DNA of 64,000 bases. Origin: Porphyridium purpureum (taxonomy: Eukaryota). The notes under the pieces are model-generated. The model saw nothing but the letters and a program-made list of their open reading frames with translations, was not told where the DNA came from and ran no database searches. Below, piece by piece: positions 44,617 to 54,213 of this stretch. A program made the translations under genes and the position numbers. How positions within the stretch are numbered: the first letter of the stretch is position 1; each line of letters opens with the position of its first letter. The stretch covers positions 496,001 through 560,000 of the forward strand of contig VRMN01000006.1 of the NCBI GenBank assembly GCA_008690995.1, written 5' to 3'.

Positions 44617-45954
44617 ATGGCGCGCAAGAAAGTCCGCGAGGCCGACGGCAAGCGGCTTGTGAAGAAGGTGCTGAAGCAGCAGGCCGGGCTGGACGTGCCG
44701 ATACAGGTGGTGCAGCTCAAAGAACTGCAAGGCGACGACTCGGGCGCGCCGCCGCCGCCGGCCACGATCAAGGCGTACTATGACCAGGTGCTGGAGGAGA
44801 ATTTGTGGCTGCTCGACCAGCCGCTTGTGGTGAAGCCAGACATGCTCTTTGGCAAGCGCGGCAAGAGCGATCTGGTGGCGCTGAATAAGAGCTGGGATGA
44901 GGTGGTCGAGTTTGTGTCGGCCAGAATGGGCACAGAGCTGGAGGTGTCTGGCGTAAAGGGCCGCATTACTACATTCATCGTCGAGCCGTTTGTGCCGCAT
45001 GACTTTGAGTTTTACCTGTGCATCCAAGCCCACCGGGCTCATGAACTGCTCTCGTTCGGTGACTGCGGTGGCGTGGAGATCGAGAGCAATTGGGACCGCG
45101 TCCGTTCCGTCCAGGTACCTGTGGAGGAGAGCCTTACAGAAGAGATGCTCGAGGCCGTCCTCATCGACGTGAGGGATAAGGGGCAGAAAGCAGTGCTCAA
45201 CCGCTTCATCAATGCGGCTTTCCAAGCGTTCCGCGACTTTGACTTCACGCTGCTCGAGTCAAACCCGCTGACGATCGTTCCTTCGACCGACAAGACCGGT
45301 GAGCTGCAGGTGCTGCCGCTGGACATTCGCGTCGAGTTGGACTCGTATGCGACGTTTAAAAACATGCAGCTCTGGAATGACCTTGAGTTTCCAGAGGCGT
45401 GGGGCCGCTCAAAAATTCATGAAGAGAAAGTGGTGCAAAACTTGGATGACAAGTCTGGCGCATCGCTCAAGCTGAGTGTGCTCAATCCTCGGGGTCATAT
45501 CTGGACCATGGTTGCTGGGGGAGGAGCCTCCGTGATCTACGCCGACACAGTCGTGGATTTGGGCTGGGGCGATGAACTTGCCAACTATGCCGAATATTCC
45601 GGGAACCCCAAACAGGAAGAGACGTACTTGTATGCCAGGACGCTCTTGTCGCTCGCGACCAAGTACTTGGACGGAAAGCGCCGCGTCATTATAGTTGGGG
45701 GTGGCGTCGCCAACTTCACCGATGTCGCTGCCACTTTCACGGGCATCATCCAAGCGTTGAAGGATTTTAAGGGCAAGCTGCAGGAGGGCAAGACGAAAAT
45801 TTTCGTGCGTCGCGGAGGCCCGAACTACAAGGCAGGTCTCCGCCTCATGCAGGAATGCTGCCTGGAAATCGACGTGCCTGTAGAAGTATATGGACCGGAC
45901 ACGTCAATGACCAAGATTGTAGAGCTTGGCATCGAGTACTTGAAAGGCCAGTAA
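44617..45954 (+). CDS. ACLA: ATP-citrate lyase subunit A (heteromeric plant/fungal type)
   Basis: MARKKVRE.DGKRL, VVKPDMLFGKRGKS, IWTMVAGGGASVIYADT, NYAEYSG, ANFTDVAATF, RRGGPNY. Confidence 0.96.
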   Translation: MARKKVREADGKRLVKKVLKQQAGLDVPIQVVQLKELQGDDSGAPPPPATIKAYYDQVLEENLWLLDQPLVVKPDMLFGKRGKSDLVALNKSWDEVVEFVSARMGTELEVSGVKGRITTFIVEPFVPHDFEFYLCIQAHRAHELLSFGDCGGVEIESNWDRVRSVQVPVEESLTEEMLEAVLIDVRDKGQKAVLNRFINAAFQAFRDFDFTLLESNPLTIVPSTDKTGELQVLPLDIRVELDSYATFKNMQLWNDLEFPEAWGRSKIHEEKVVQNLDDKSGASLKLSVLNPRGHIWTMVAGGGASVIYADTVVDLGWGDELANYAEYSGNPKQEETYLYARTLLSLATKYLDGKRRVIIVGGGVANFTDVAATFTGIIQALKDFKGKLQEGKTKIFVRRGGPNYKAGLRLMQECCLEIDVPVEVYGPDTSMTKIVELGIEYLKGQ

Positions 45955-46332
45955 CAGCCCTAAGCAAAGCCATTCTTCTTTTCTTCGGTGCGAGCTTGAG
46001 CGCGCGAAGATCAAGCAGCGCACACAGAGTCAGGTGCCCTTCCAATGTAAGAAAAGGCGAAAACATAAAGGTGAGCACCGCCGTCTGCTTCTTCTCACTC
46101 AGCAGCAGCTCGCAGTCATTCGCGTGCGGCTCCCCTCAGCACAGAAGCCAGCGACGCTTTGGCACAGAGCCAAGACGAGCACTCGCACGCCTGCTGCGAG
46201 CGTAAGCCTTCATAACTTGCTCTGCGCGCGCGTCCACTGTGCGCGCCGAATCGACGGACTGTGCTGCCTGCGGGACAAGCGTGTTTCTGTGAGGATTAGC
46301 TCGGCGGCAGACATTGAGGACGGACTGGAGCC

Positions 46333-47355
46333 ATGCTGCCATTAAGTGCCTTTGTGGGGCCGGTTGGACCGATAGGAACGCTTTGCTCGGGTGCGCACGA
46401 TCGTCATTACGCCGCAGCGCAAGCCGCACGAGGCATTCTTGCGGCGAGTCGCGTCGACGGCCATGGGAGGAAGGCAGTGGTTGACTCGCAGCACAAGAGG
46501 GCGTCGCGCGGTCGGACATGCAGCGGCGTGACACGCATGGGTGTGTTTCCTGGGGCGGACGACGAGCGCGGAAGTGATATATTCCCAAAGTCTGCGCCTG
46601 CAGCCGGTGGGCAAAGCAGAACAGGCAAGAACAGCCCACCAACACCTTTCGAAACCCGGCAAAGCGCGGACAAGGACGTGGTTCAGGCGGACGCGAATGA
46701 TAGCAGTGGCCATGGGATTGACACAAGCGAGAGGTTTGGTAGAGGCGGCCGAGGAGACGGTGACGATAACAATGACGACGCGTTGGTACCGCCGGCCAAG
46801 TCGCCAAGCTTCCTGCAGCAGCTCTTGAAGGATCCAAAATTCGATGACTTGCGCACATTTGGTGCGTCATTCCTCGTAGCGCTCATGTTTCGACAGTTTG
46901 TGGCGGAGCCGCGGTACATCCCCTCCCTTTCAATGTTCCCGACCTTTGAGGTTGGAGATCAATTGGCGGTGGAGAAGGTGTCGCGCCTCGTGCGGCCGCT
47001 GCAGCGAGGTGACATTGTCGTGTTTGAACCCCCCACCGCGCTGACGGACAACGGATACAAGAAAAGCGACGCGTTCATCAAAAGGATCGTTGCGGTCGCT
47101 GGTGACTTTGTCCAGGTCCATGACGGCACGCTTTTCATTAACGGGCAAGCACAAGACGAGTCGTACATTAACGAGCATCCACGGTATGAATGGGGTCCAA
47201 CCGCAGTCCCTGAAGGTCAGGTCATGGTGCTGGGCGACAATCGCAACAACAGTTTTGACTCGCATCTGTGGGGCTTCTTGCCCATCAAGAATGTCATTGG
47301 TCGCGCCGTGCTGACGTATTGGCCGCTAGATCGGTTCGGCTTCCCCGCCTCGTGA
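46333..47355 (+). CDS. Type I signal peptidase (thylakoidal processing peptidase, Plsp1/TPP-like)
   Basis: MLPLSAFV transit-like start; EPRYIPSLSMFPT (Ser), FIKRIV (Lys), GDNRNNSFDSH.WG. Confidence 0.93.
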   Translation: MLPLSAFVGPVGPIGTLCSGAHDRHYAAAQAARGILAASRVDGHGRKAVVDSQHKRASRGRTCSGVTRMGVFPGADDERGSDIFPKSAPAAGGQSRTGKNSPPTPFETRQSADKDVVQADANDSSGHGIDTSERFGRGGRGDGDDNNDDALVPPAKSPSFLQQLLKDPKFDDLRTFGASFLVALMFRQFVAEPRYIPSLSMFPTFEVGDQLAVEKVSRLVRPLQRGDIVVFEPPTALTDNGYKKSDAFIKRIVAVAGDFVQVHDGTLFINGQAQDESYINEHPRYEWGPTAVPEGQVMVLGDNRNNSFDSHLWGFLPIKNVIGRAVLTYWPLDRFGFPAS

Positions 47356-47491
47356 TCGGAGGGACCGCATGCCCGCCAGCCTAGGTGCGTTCCGTAGAAA
47401 ATAAATCAACACAGTTGTTCTATACCGAACATCTTGTGCATCTAGAGGCAGGCACGAGGAACGATGATACAGCTCGATATGCACCCGCGGG

Positions 47492-48736
47492 TCAAAACCA
47501 AAAGTTGCATGACAGCGACGTGGTCAGAGAGCGCACGGCATGCCACCAGCCGGCAGGAATGTAAAGCATTTCTCCCGGACCTAGAATAGCGAGCTGCGCT
47601 GCCGGGCTCGCGCAACTACCGAACAGAGGGAATCGGACCATGTCTGGCGCCTCCACGTCCACCCGAGAGAGGTTTGGTTTGGCCTTGCGCGGGTACATAC
47701 CTCGTTGGTTCTTCGGGAAAAGATACACCAGTTTCCAGCCAGCAATCTGTACCAAAAAATTCTCATAGGTGTCGTAGTGGCACGGCGTCACTGTGCCGCT
47801 GGTGCCCAGCCACGCATTCACCTTTTGAATCGGAGCGCAGCCACAGTGCGGAGGCGGCGGCGACACGTCCTTCAAAAGCGCTGGGATCTGTGAAAAGAGG
47901 TCATGCTGTGCAATGTATCCGACATCCGAAGCCGACTTTGGGCGATGCGCGCTCAAGGCGCCCGTGTCCTGGGTGTCTCTAATCAAACTAGGAACCAGGC
48001 ACGTGTCCACAAATTCCGACAGCGGCATTGCAGACTCGTGCCAGTCGTCCTGTCCGTGCGTGCCCAATTCGACAGGGACCCATCGTCGACCATGAGTTTC
48101 CCGGAAAACATCAAGCTTGTTCCATGTCCTCGTGGCCTCCCAATTCTGGATGGTGCTGCAGCGTTCGAACACAAAGGGGCCCTCGGACAACCTTCTCACG
48201 GGTTCATCGGCACGCACGCGAAACACTCGGACCATTCCATCTGTACCCGCTGGTAGCTGCGGAGGAGCCTCGGGAAATGCAGGGATTCTCAGACGCTCCG
48301 GGTGCATTTGTGCGTCTTGATGCTCCAGGATGTCCAAACTTAACTCTGGTGGCGCACCAAGAAGCATGGCGCGATCCAAGTCCCGGAACACATGATCCTC
48401 GGCATTGGCATGCATGTCCACAAGCGCGCTATACACGAGCAAAATAATGCAAGACTCGCGCAGTCCGGCACTGGTTTTGGAACGGCGACGCTGCGCAAGC
48501 ATGAGAGCATCCCACAGGCCTTCTGCCGCTGCTCGAGTCTCTCCGCCGAGCAGCAACTGCCGCTCTGCTTCCGGGCGAAGCGATGCCGCACACTTTTTGA
48601 GCACGTCGGCTTCGCCGCGATAGCCAGAAGCGCTTAGCTCTTCGTCCAGCGCTCCCACCAGCGCTTCGCTGCAGACCACGCGTAGCCGCTCCTCATATTG
48701 ACGGCGCCGTGCTGCATCCAGGCCGTTACCCATCAA
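47492..48736 (-). CDS. JmjC (cupin-like) dioxygenase, JMJD5/KDM8-like
   Basis: VPVELG, YIAQHDLFSQIP, NAWLG..GTVTPCHYD, LGPGEMLYIPAGWWHAV, SCNFWF. Confidence 0.9.
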   Translation of the reverse strand: MMGNGLDAARRRQYEERLRVVCSEALVGALDEELSASGYRGEADVLKKCAASLRPEAERQLLLGGETRAAAEGLWDALMLAQRRRSKTSAGLRESCIILLVYSALVDMHANAEDHVFRDLDRAMLLGAPPELSLDILEHQDAQMHPERLRIPAFPEAPPQLPAGTDGMVRVFRVRADEPVRRLSEGPFVFERCSTIQNWEATRTWNKLDVFRETHGRRWVPVELGTHGQDDWHESAMPLSEFVDTCLVPSLIRDTQDTGALSAHRPKSASDVGYIAQHDLFSQIPALLKDVSPPPPHCGCAPIQKVNAWLGTSGTVTPCHYDTYENFLVQIAGWKLVYLFPKNQRGMYPRKAKPNLSRVDVEAPDMVRFPLFGSCASPAAQLAILGPGEMLYIPAGWWHAVRSLTTSLSCNFWF

Positions 48737-48880
48737 CCACCGTGACCAACACGGCCGCTGGCAGATTGTCGACGCTTCGTCCGTCCCTTCTCTTGCTTGC
48801 GTGGTCTGCGCCGCTGCGTCGTGGGTTGCAATGAGCGTCCTCTGCCGGGAAAGAAGCCTGCGTGGTCAACGAGGAGCTAG

Positions 48881-51800
48881 ATGGATGGGAAGAAGACCAT
48901 TCGGGTGATTCCGCATCGCTTCCAGCGCCCAACAGGGGCAGCGGGTCAAAGGCAGCAGCAGGTGTCGGATGACACGGTGCCGGTGCTGCCTTGTTTGTCC
49001 TTGACCGATGGGCGTCGCCGGTCAGGTCGTGCGCCGGAAGTGGCGTCCAACATCGAAGTCACAGGCGCCCTGGCGGGGGCCGCTTCACGTGCGCCGCCAG
49101 TCAAGGCAAAGGGGGACGCCCTGGAGTATGCTCGAAATCTCATCATGTCGCATGTCGCGGCGTGGAAGCCTCACGAGCTGCTGCAGGCCGCTGACCAGAA
49201 CATGGACAAACTGCTGAGCGTGCGTGAACGAGACACGTACAGGGTACCCAAGAACGAGTTTGGCAGCTACAGCGAGTATCTGGACTATTTTGTTCCCCTG
49301 GTCCTGATGGACCTGCGAGCAGCGGCGGCGGCGAGCATTCAGGCAAGCATCTCTGCTGGCTTTCTGACGGCGTCTGAGCCACTTTTTCGGACGGCCGCCG
49401 CAAACAAGGTGAACAAGCGCGATGCGGCTGGCATTGAACGTGTGCTTGTGACGAGCTCCACAGATATTCCGAAAGACGACAGGTGGCGCTGCGTGGTGCA
49501 GGTAAAGAGATACGGTTCTGGCGAAAAGCAGGTAAAAATTCAAAAGTGGGACCTCGTGGCCGTGTGGCCGCTTGAAGACACGGGGGCTGAGCTCGGCCGT
49601 AAGGGCAATCGTGCCCCAGAGTGTGCCGGAGGTATTCCAGTCAGTGCGGTAGTAGGAGTGGTGATTCGCGCTTCCGAGTACGCAGAAGGGTGGACATGTG
49701 AGATCCGGGTCGCATCGGCTTCCGCGACAACTGCGGTCACTTTGGACCAAGCTGGAGATGCCGTACCTGATCACGATTCCGGGGAGCGCACCGATGGTAC
49801 TGCCAAGGCGGACGTTGTCGACCTGACGTTGGACGACAAAGTAGGAATTGTTTCGCAGGAAGCGCAGTTCCGAGCCGAGAATTTAAGAACCAATCCTGCT
49901 ACAAAGGCACCCGTTGCGAGAGAGCCCGGTGAAATTGTGATAGGGCCCGGGGGTATTGAACTTCCTGCCAAGGAAAAAAAGCTGAAGCAAGAGCAAAAGT
50001 TGAAGCGCAAGAGGGAGCGAGAGCGGGCGGAAAAGGAGGCTGAAGCTTCGCGCAAGGACAAGAAGCGGAAAGAGCACGCGGAGCACAAAAGACGCAAAGA
50101 CGATGTTGAGGAGAAAAAGATAGAAGAAGGAGAGGAACAAGAATGGGCGCTTGTGCGGCTCGGAAGCATTGTGACCTACCAGCGCGAGGTCGCGGCCGTG
50201 TACTCAATTCGTGACGCTCCGCTTCTGCAAGCGATTCTGCGACCGGGAGCAAAGGGAATGGAGACAGAGCAAGATAGAGGGATTTTGCAGTACAAATTTG
50301 GTTTGATCCCCAAAGTGATGGAACATTACGCGCTCAACGAATCACAGCGTGCCGCTGTTTCCGATGCCGTGACGCTAGAGAAGGGATTTAGTGTCATACA
50401 AGGCCCACCGGGAACCGGCAAGACGAAAACATTGGTCGCCTTGCTCAATGCGAGCCATCTCTATTTCTACCAGCAACATTACGACCTTGTGCTCGCACAT
50501 GCGAGATCCCTGGTCACAGCGCAGGGCACTCTTGACCTCAACAGAACCGGACATGCTCGATTTCCACACAAAAGGCGCATTCTAGTGTGCGCACCTTCGA
50601 ATGCAGCCGTCGACGAGATCTTGTTTCGCGTGAAAATGGGCGGTTTTGTTGACGGCTTCTCGAAGCGGTACGACCCACCTTTGTGCAGAGTCGGGATGGG
50701 CGATCGCATCTCCGCGTCGTCGCAGCACTTGACGGCCGAAAAGCAGGCGGAGACCTTTTTCAGTAGAATTGACGAAGAAGTCGAGAAGATGAGGCGGTCC
50801 CTCGAAGACACAAAGGATACGCTTCGGAAAGGATTTATTACCGCGAAACTGCGCGCCATCAATGACGAGGCGACCAGGTTGCGTCAGCTGCTGCTTGAGC
50901 TACCGATGAACTCGCAAAACGACGGGAAGGTAATTAGTATCCACACGGACTACGAAAAGCTCCAGTCAAAGTGCCTCCGCTACTGTATCGCAATGGACGA
51001 CAAACTTTCTCATGAAGAACGCGTGCGTGCGGTTGCCCGCTGCCTGGCGAACGACGCAGAGCTTGTGTTTGCAACTCTGTCAGGAGCGGCGCACCTGTTT
51101 GCGCTTGGTCCTCGCGCGCTTCAGTATCAGGGACTCACGCCATTGTTTGGCGTGGAGCAGTCGCCTCATATTGATGGAGGCGTTTTTGACGCAGTGATCA
51201 TCGATGAGGCGGCGCAAGCCACTGAAACGTCTTCGTTGATTCCGGTGAGCCTAGGCGCGAGCCGGTGTGTGCTTGTTGGCGACCCGCAGCAGCTAACAGC
51301 CACCGTGCTAGGAACAGGCATGAGTGCTGTTGCCTACTCGCTGAGCTTGTTGGAGCGAAAGTGTCTCGCCGGCAAAGTGCCCTTGATGCTCAAGCAGCAA
51401 TATCGCATGCACCCAAGCATCAGCCTGTTTCCGCGAAAGCACTTTTACAAGAGCGAGTTGGCGGACGACGAGTCCGTGCTAACGGACAGGGATGCGCCAT
51501 ACCATAACACGGCGTTCAAAGAACGCTTTGGCCCGTACCTGTTTATGGACATTCGCATGGGTGGCGAGGAACAAAGCAGGAAGTCGCTCGTGAACCGCAC
51601 AGAGGCGCACGTGGCGGCGCTGTTGTACAAAAATATCCGCAGTGCCTGTCCGACATGTGAGCTTTTTACTACTACGGCCGCCTCATCTGTAGTCTCTCAG
51701 TCACGGTTTGGCGTGGTAACACCTTACAAGGGACAACAGGATATTTTGAGGGCCGAGTTTAACAGCGTGGGAGCAAATGATATTGAAATCGATACTGTGG

Positions 51801-52894
51801 ACGCCTACCAGGGGCGCGAGAAGGACTTTATGATTTTCAGTTGCGTGCGATCGAATGCCAAGTCTGGCAGTATTGGTTTTGTGCGAGATATCCGCCGCAT
51901 GAATGTGGGAATTACTCGTGCCAAGTATTCTCTCATCATCATGGGCAATGCGCAATCGCTGATGGCTGGCTCAAAAGATTGGCGCGCACTAATTGAAGAT
52001 GCCCGAGAACGCGGTCTCGTGCTGCGCGTGGACAGCCCTCAGCGTGCGATTTCAAAAGGTCGCATCCCCAAGGCGACGTATCTGAATGACCCGGTCGACG
52101 CGAGCCAGAGGAAGAAGAAGGTCGACTCAGAGACTTCCAAGACTGCGTCTGCCCAAAGCGCGGCATACGAGCGCGTGACGGGCGCGGCACTCAGCGACGA
52201 GGGTCCGTTCCTTGTCGCGTCGAAGCCAAGAACAACTCGCAAGGAATCGGAGAAGAATCAGAAGTCGGGGGCTGCTGAGCCTGGCACAGGTTCAAGACCA
52301 CAGCAGGAAGTGGGACATGAGCAAATGCACCGACAGTCCAGCGCCGTGGCCTCTATCTCGGCAGTCCCACAGCCTTTCCCGCAGCAGCAAGCACATGGTC
52401 TGGGACCCTTACAGAGTCGTCCTCATCCACTTTCTCAGCTGCATCCTGCTCCGCCAGGTGCTGCACCGACAGAACTTCCGGCCATCGTGGACCTCAAAGC
52501 AGCACTGTCACACGCCGTAGCGACCGGTTCACTAGCCCGCGACATTGGCATGCTGTCTCAGCGGGCACAGATGTTGGGCGTTCCGCAGGAGGTGTTTATG
52601 GAGATGATTAACCGCGCGGCGCAGGACTACACGTTGAGGAATCGAACCGCCCCGATTGCGCCCATTCTGAATGGAGCGCCGAACGAACTTCCTTTCTCTC
52701 AACCCCTCCCTCCGCATGGACGGCCCCATATCGCACCGGTATACCCTCCTCCGGTGCAATCTGCGACAGAAGCAGCCGTCTTTCAGCGGATGCCATTTTC
52801 CTCAATGCCTCTTCAAGGAGCTCCTATGCCGCACACACAATGGCCCGGTTCATCAGACCCGCGTCCTTCTCGTGCCCAGCTCAGAAAGAATTAG
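48881..52894 (+). CDS. SEN1/senataxin-like SF1B helicase, paralog B
   Basis: Same motif set as 28007-32401 and collinear with it. Confidence 0.92.
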   Translation: MDGKKTIRVIPHRFQRPTGAAGQRQQQVSDDTVPVLPCLSLTDGRRRSGRAPEVASNIEVTGALAGAASRAPPVKAKGDALEYARNLIMSHVAAWKPHELLQAADQNMDKLLSVRERDTYRVPKNEFGSYSEYLDYFVPLVLMDLRAAAAASIQASISAGFLTASEPLFRTAAANKVNKRDAAGIERVLVTSSTDIPKDDRWRCVVQVKRYGSGEKQVKIQKWDLVAVWPLEDTGAELGRKGNRAPECAGGIPVSAVVGVVIRASEYAEGWTCEIRVASASATTAVTLDQAGDAVPDHDSGERTDGTAKADVVDLTLDDKVGIVSQEAQFRAENLRTNPATKAPVAREPGEIVIGPGGIELPAKEKKLKQEQKLKRKRERERAEKEAEASRKDKKRKEHAEHKRRKDDVEEKKIEEGEEQEWALVRLGSIVTYQREVAAVYSIRDAPLLQAILRPGAKGMETEQDRGILQYKFGLIPKVMEHYALNESQRAAVSDAVTLEKGFSVIQGPPGTGKTKTLVALLNASHLYFYQQHYDLVLAHARSLVTAQGTLDLNRTGHARFPHKRRILVCAPSNAAVDEILFRVKMGGFVDGFSKRYDPPLCRVGMGDRISASSQHLTAEKQAETFFSRIDEEVEKMRRSLEDTKDTLRKGFITAKLRAINDEATRLRQLLLELPMNSQNDGKVISIHTDYEKLQSKCLRYCIAMDDKLSHEERVRAVARCLANDAELVFATLSGAAHLFALGPRALQYQGLTPLFGVEQSPHIDGGVFDAVIIDEAAQATETSSLIPVSLGASRCVLVGDPQQLTATVLGTGMSAVAYSLSLLERKCLAGKVPLMLKQQYRMHPSISLFPRKHFYKSELADDESVLTDRDAPYHNTAFKERFGPYLFMDIRMGGEEQSRKSLVNRTEAHVAALLYKNIRSACPTCELFTTTAASSVVSQSRFGVVTPYKGQQDILRAEFNSVGANDIEIDTVDAYQGREKDFMIFSCVRSNAKSGSIGFVRDIRRMNVGITRAKYSLIIMGNAQSLMAGSKDWRALIEDARERGLVLRVDSPQRAISKGRIPKATYLNDPVDASQRKKKVDSETSKTASAQSAAYERVTGAALSDEGPFLVASKPRTTRKESEKNQKSGAAEPGTGSRPQQEVGHEQMHRQSSAVASISAVPQPFPQQQAHGLGPLQSRPHPLSQLHPAPPGAAPTELPAIVDLKAALSHAVATGSLARDIGMLSQRAQMLGVPQEVFMEMINRAAQDYTLRNRTAPIAPILNGAPNELPFSQPLPPHGRPHIAPVYPPPVQSATEAAVFQRMPFSSMPLQGAPMPHTQWPGSSDPRPSRAQLRKN

Positions 52895-54213
52895 TTGACC
52901 ATCCCATTCTGCACCGCGTGTCCTGTTCACGCTTTCCCTACCACGAATGGCCTCTTCCAAAGGCGAAAGATGTTCACTGTGTCACATGGTATCTTGCGAA
53001 AGCTGGGACAACCTGTCGCCCCGGAAGAAATGCACTTGCGAGTTATGATCATGCGACTTGAATCCGGTTGAATGAAGAAGCTGAGGGTGGATCGCTTGAT
53101 GCTCTTCTAGACCAAGCTGGCACGCAAGAATGATGGTGCCCCGAGGAGACAAGAATGCTGTCTTCACTGCGAGCATGCAAAACAAATGGAATACCCGGGA
53201 CGTACCTGCCCTCCTGGCGGCAGATACCAGGCCGAGAAGTATCACCCTATTCATACTTCTGGTCGCCGTTGCGACATGAAGCGTGGGCAAGTATACGATC
53301 ACCTGCATAAGAAGAGGCCCACCAGATTTGTTCTTGATCTGGTTAAATGAGAATTCGCATAGCAAGAGAGAGCGTACTCGACGTGTCTTCGAATGGCATC
53401 GACCCAGAGTTCGAGATCGCGGAGCAGCTCACCAAGCACTTGATCAACCACTTTGATCATATCCTCCTCCATTCATTCAGGGCCTCCCAGATGGTCCAGA
53501 AGATGAACCGGAAGACTGGACCCGAGGCCAAATGCGCGCAACGCCCTGCCTCGAAGGTACATTGCCTTGTTGCCAGAGTCACCCAACGTCAATGAAGGCG
53601 ACACCAGCAGCAGTTACAGCTGCTGCGACAATCTTGCACACGAAACTTCGTTGGAGCCCATCTCAACGTCGAGGAGCGCACCGCGCGAAGGGCAGTCACG
53701 GATCGCGACATCAGCGAGACGAAGCGCAATTCTTCGCGAAACTTCGAAGCACTGAGCCCGTCGTTATCCAGCTCTCGGGCTTACGCCCTATAGCTCCAGA
53801 GAAATGGAGATGATGTCGACACTCATCCCTATCATAGACCTGACCGAGGAACGGACAGAGGCGCGCTGCAGCACAGGCACGTGAGACAACTCTCTCCGGG
53901 TTGCCGCCATCTCTCTCAGCGCCTGGCATCCCGCTCGAGTCCTGCACGCAAGGAATTTTCTCTGGCATATAAAATTCGCTCCGTTTGCGTGGCGGCGCTC
54001 GTGCGCGTGGACAAACGACCGCTGTCAGAGCCTTTCGGAGCGGCCTGGCGCAGAGTCGCGCTGCGTTCAGCTTGGCTGGTCAGCGCTCTGCGGCGCCTCG
54101 GTTTGCGTGCGGGGTTGTGCAAGCGAGTCCCTCTTCATAGCTCCTGTTTCACGACGTGCGGCCGCGGTGCTCGTTTAGTGTTTTTGCGCGTTTGAATCCC
54201 CCACCATGCTGGC

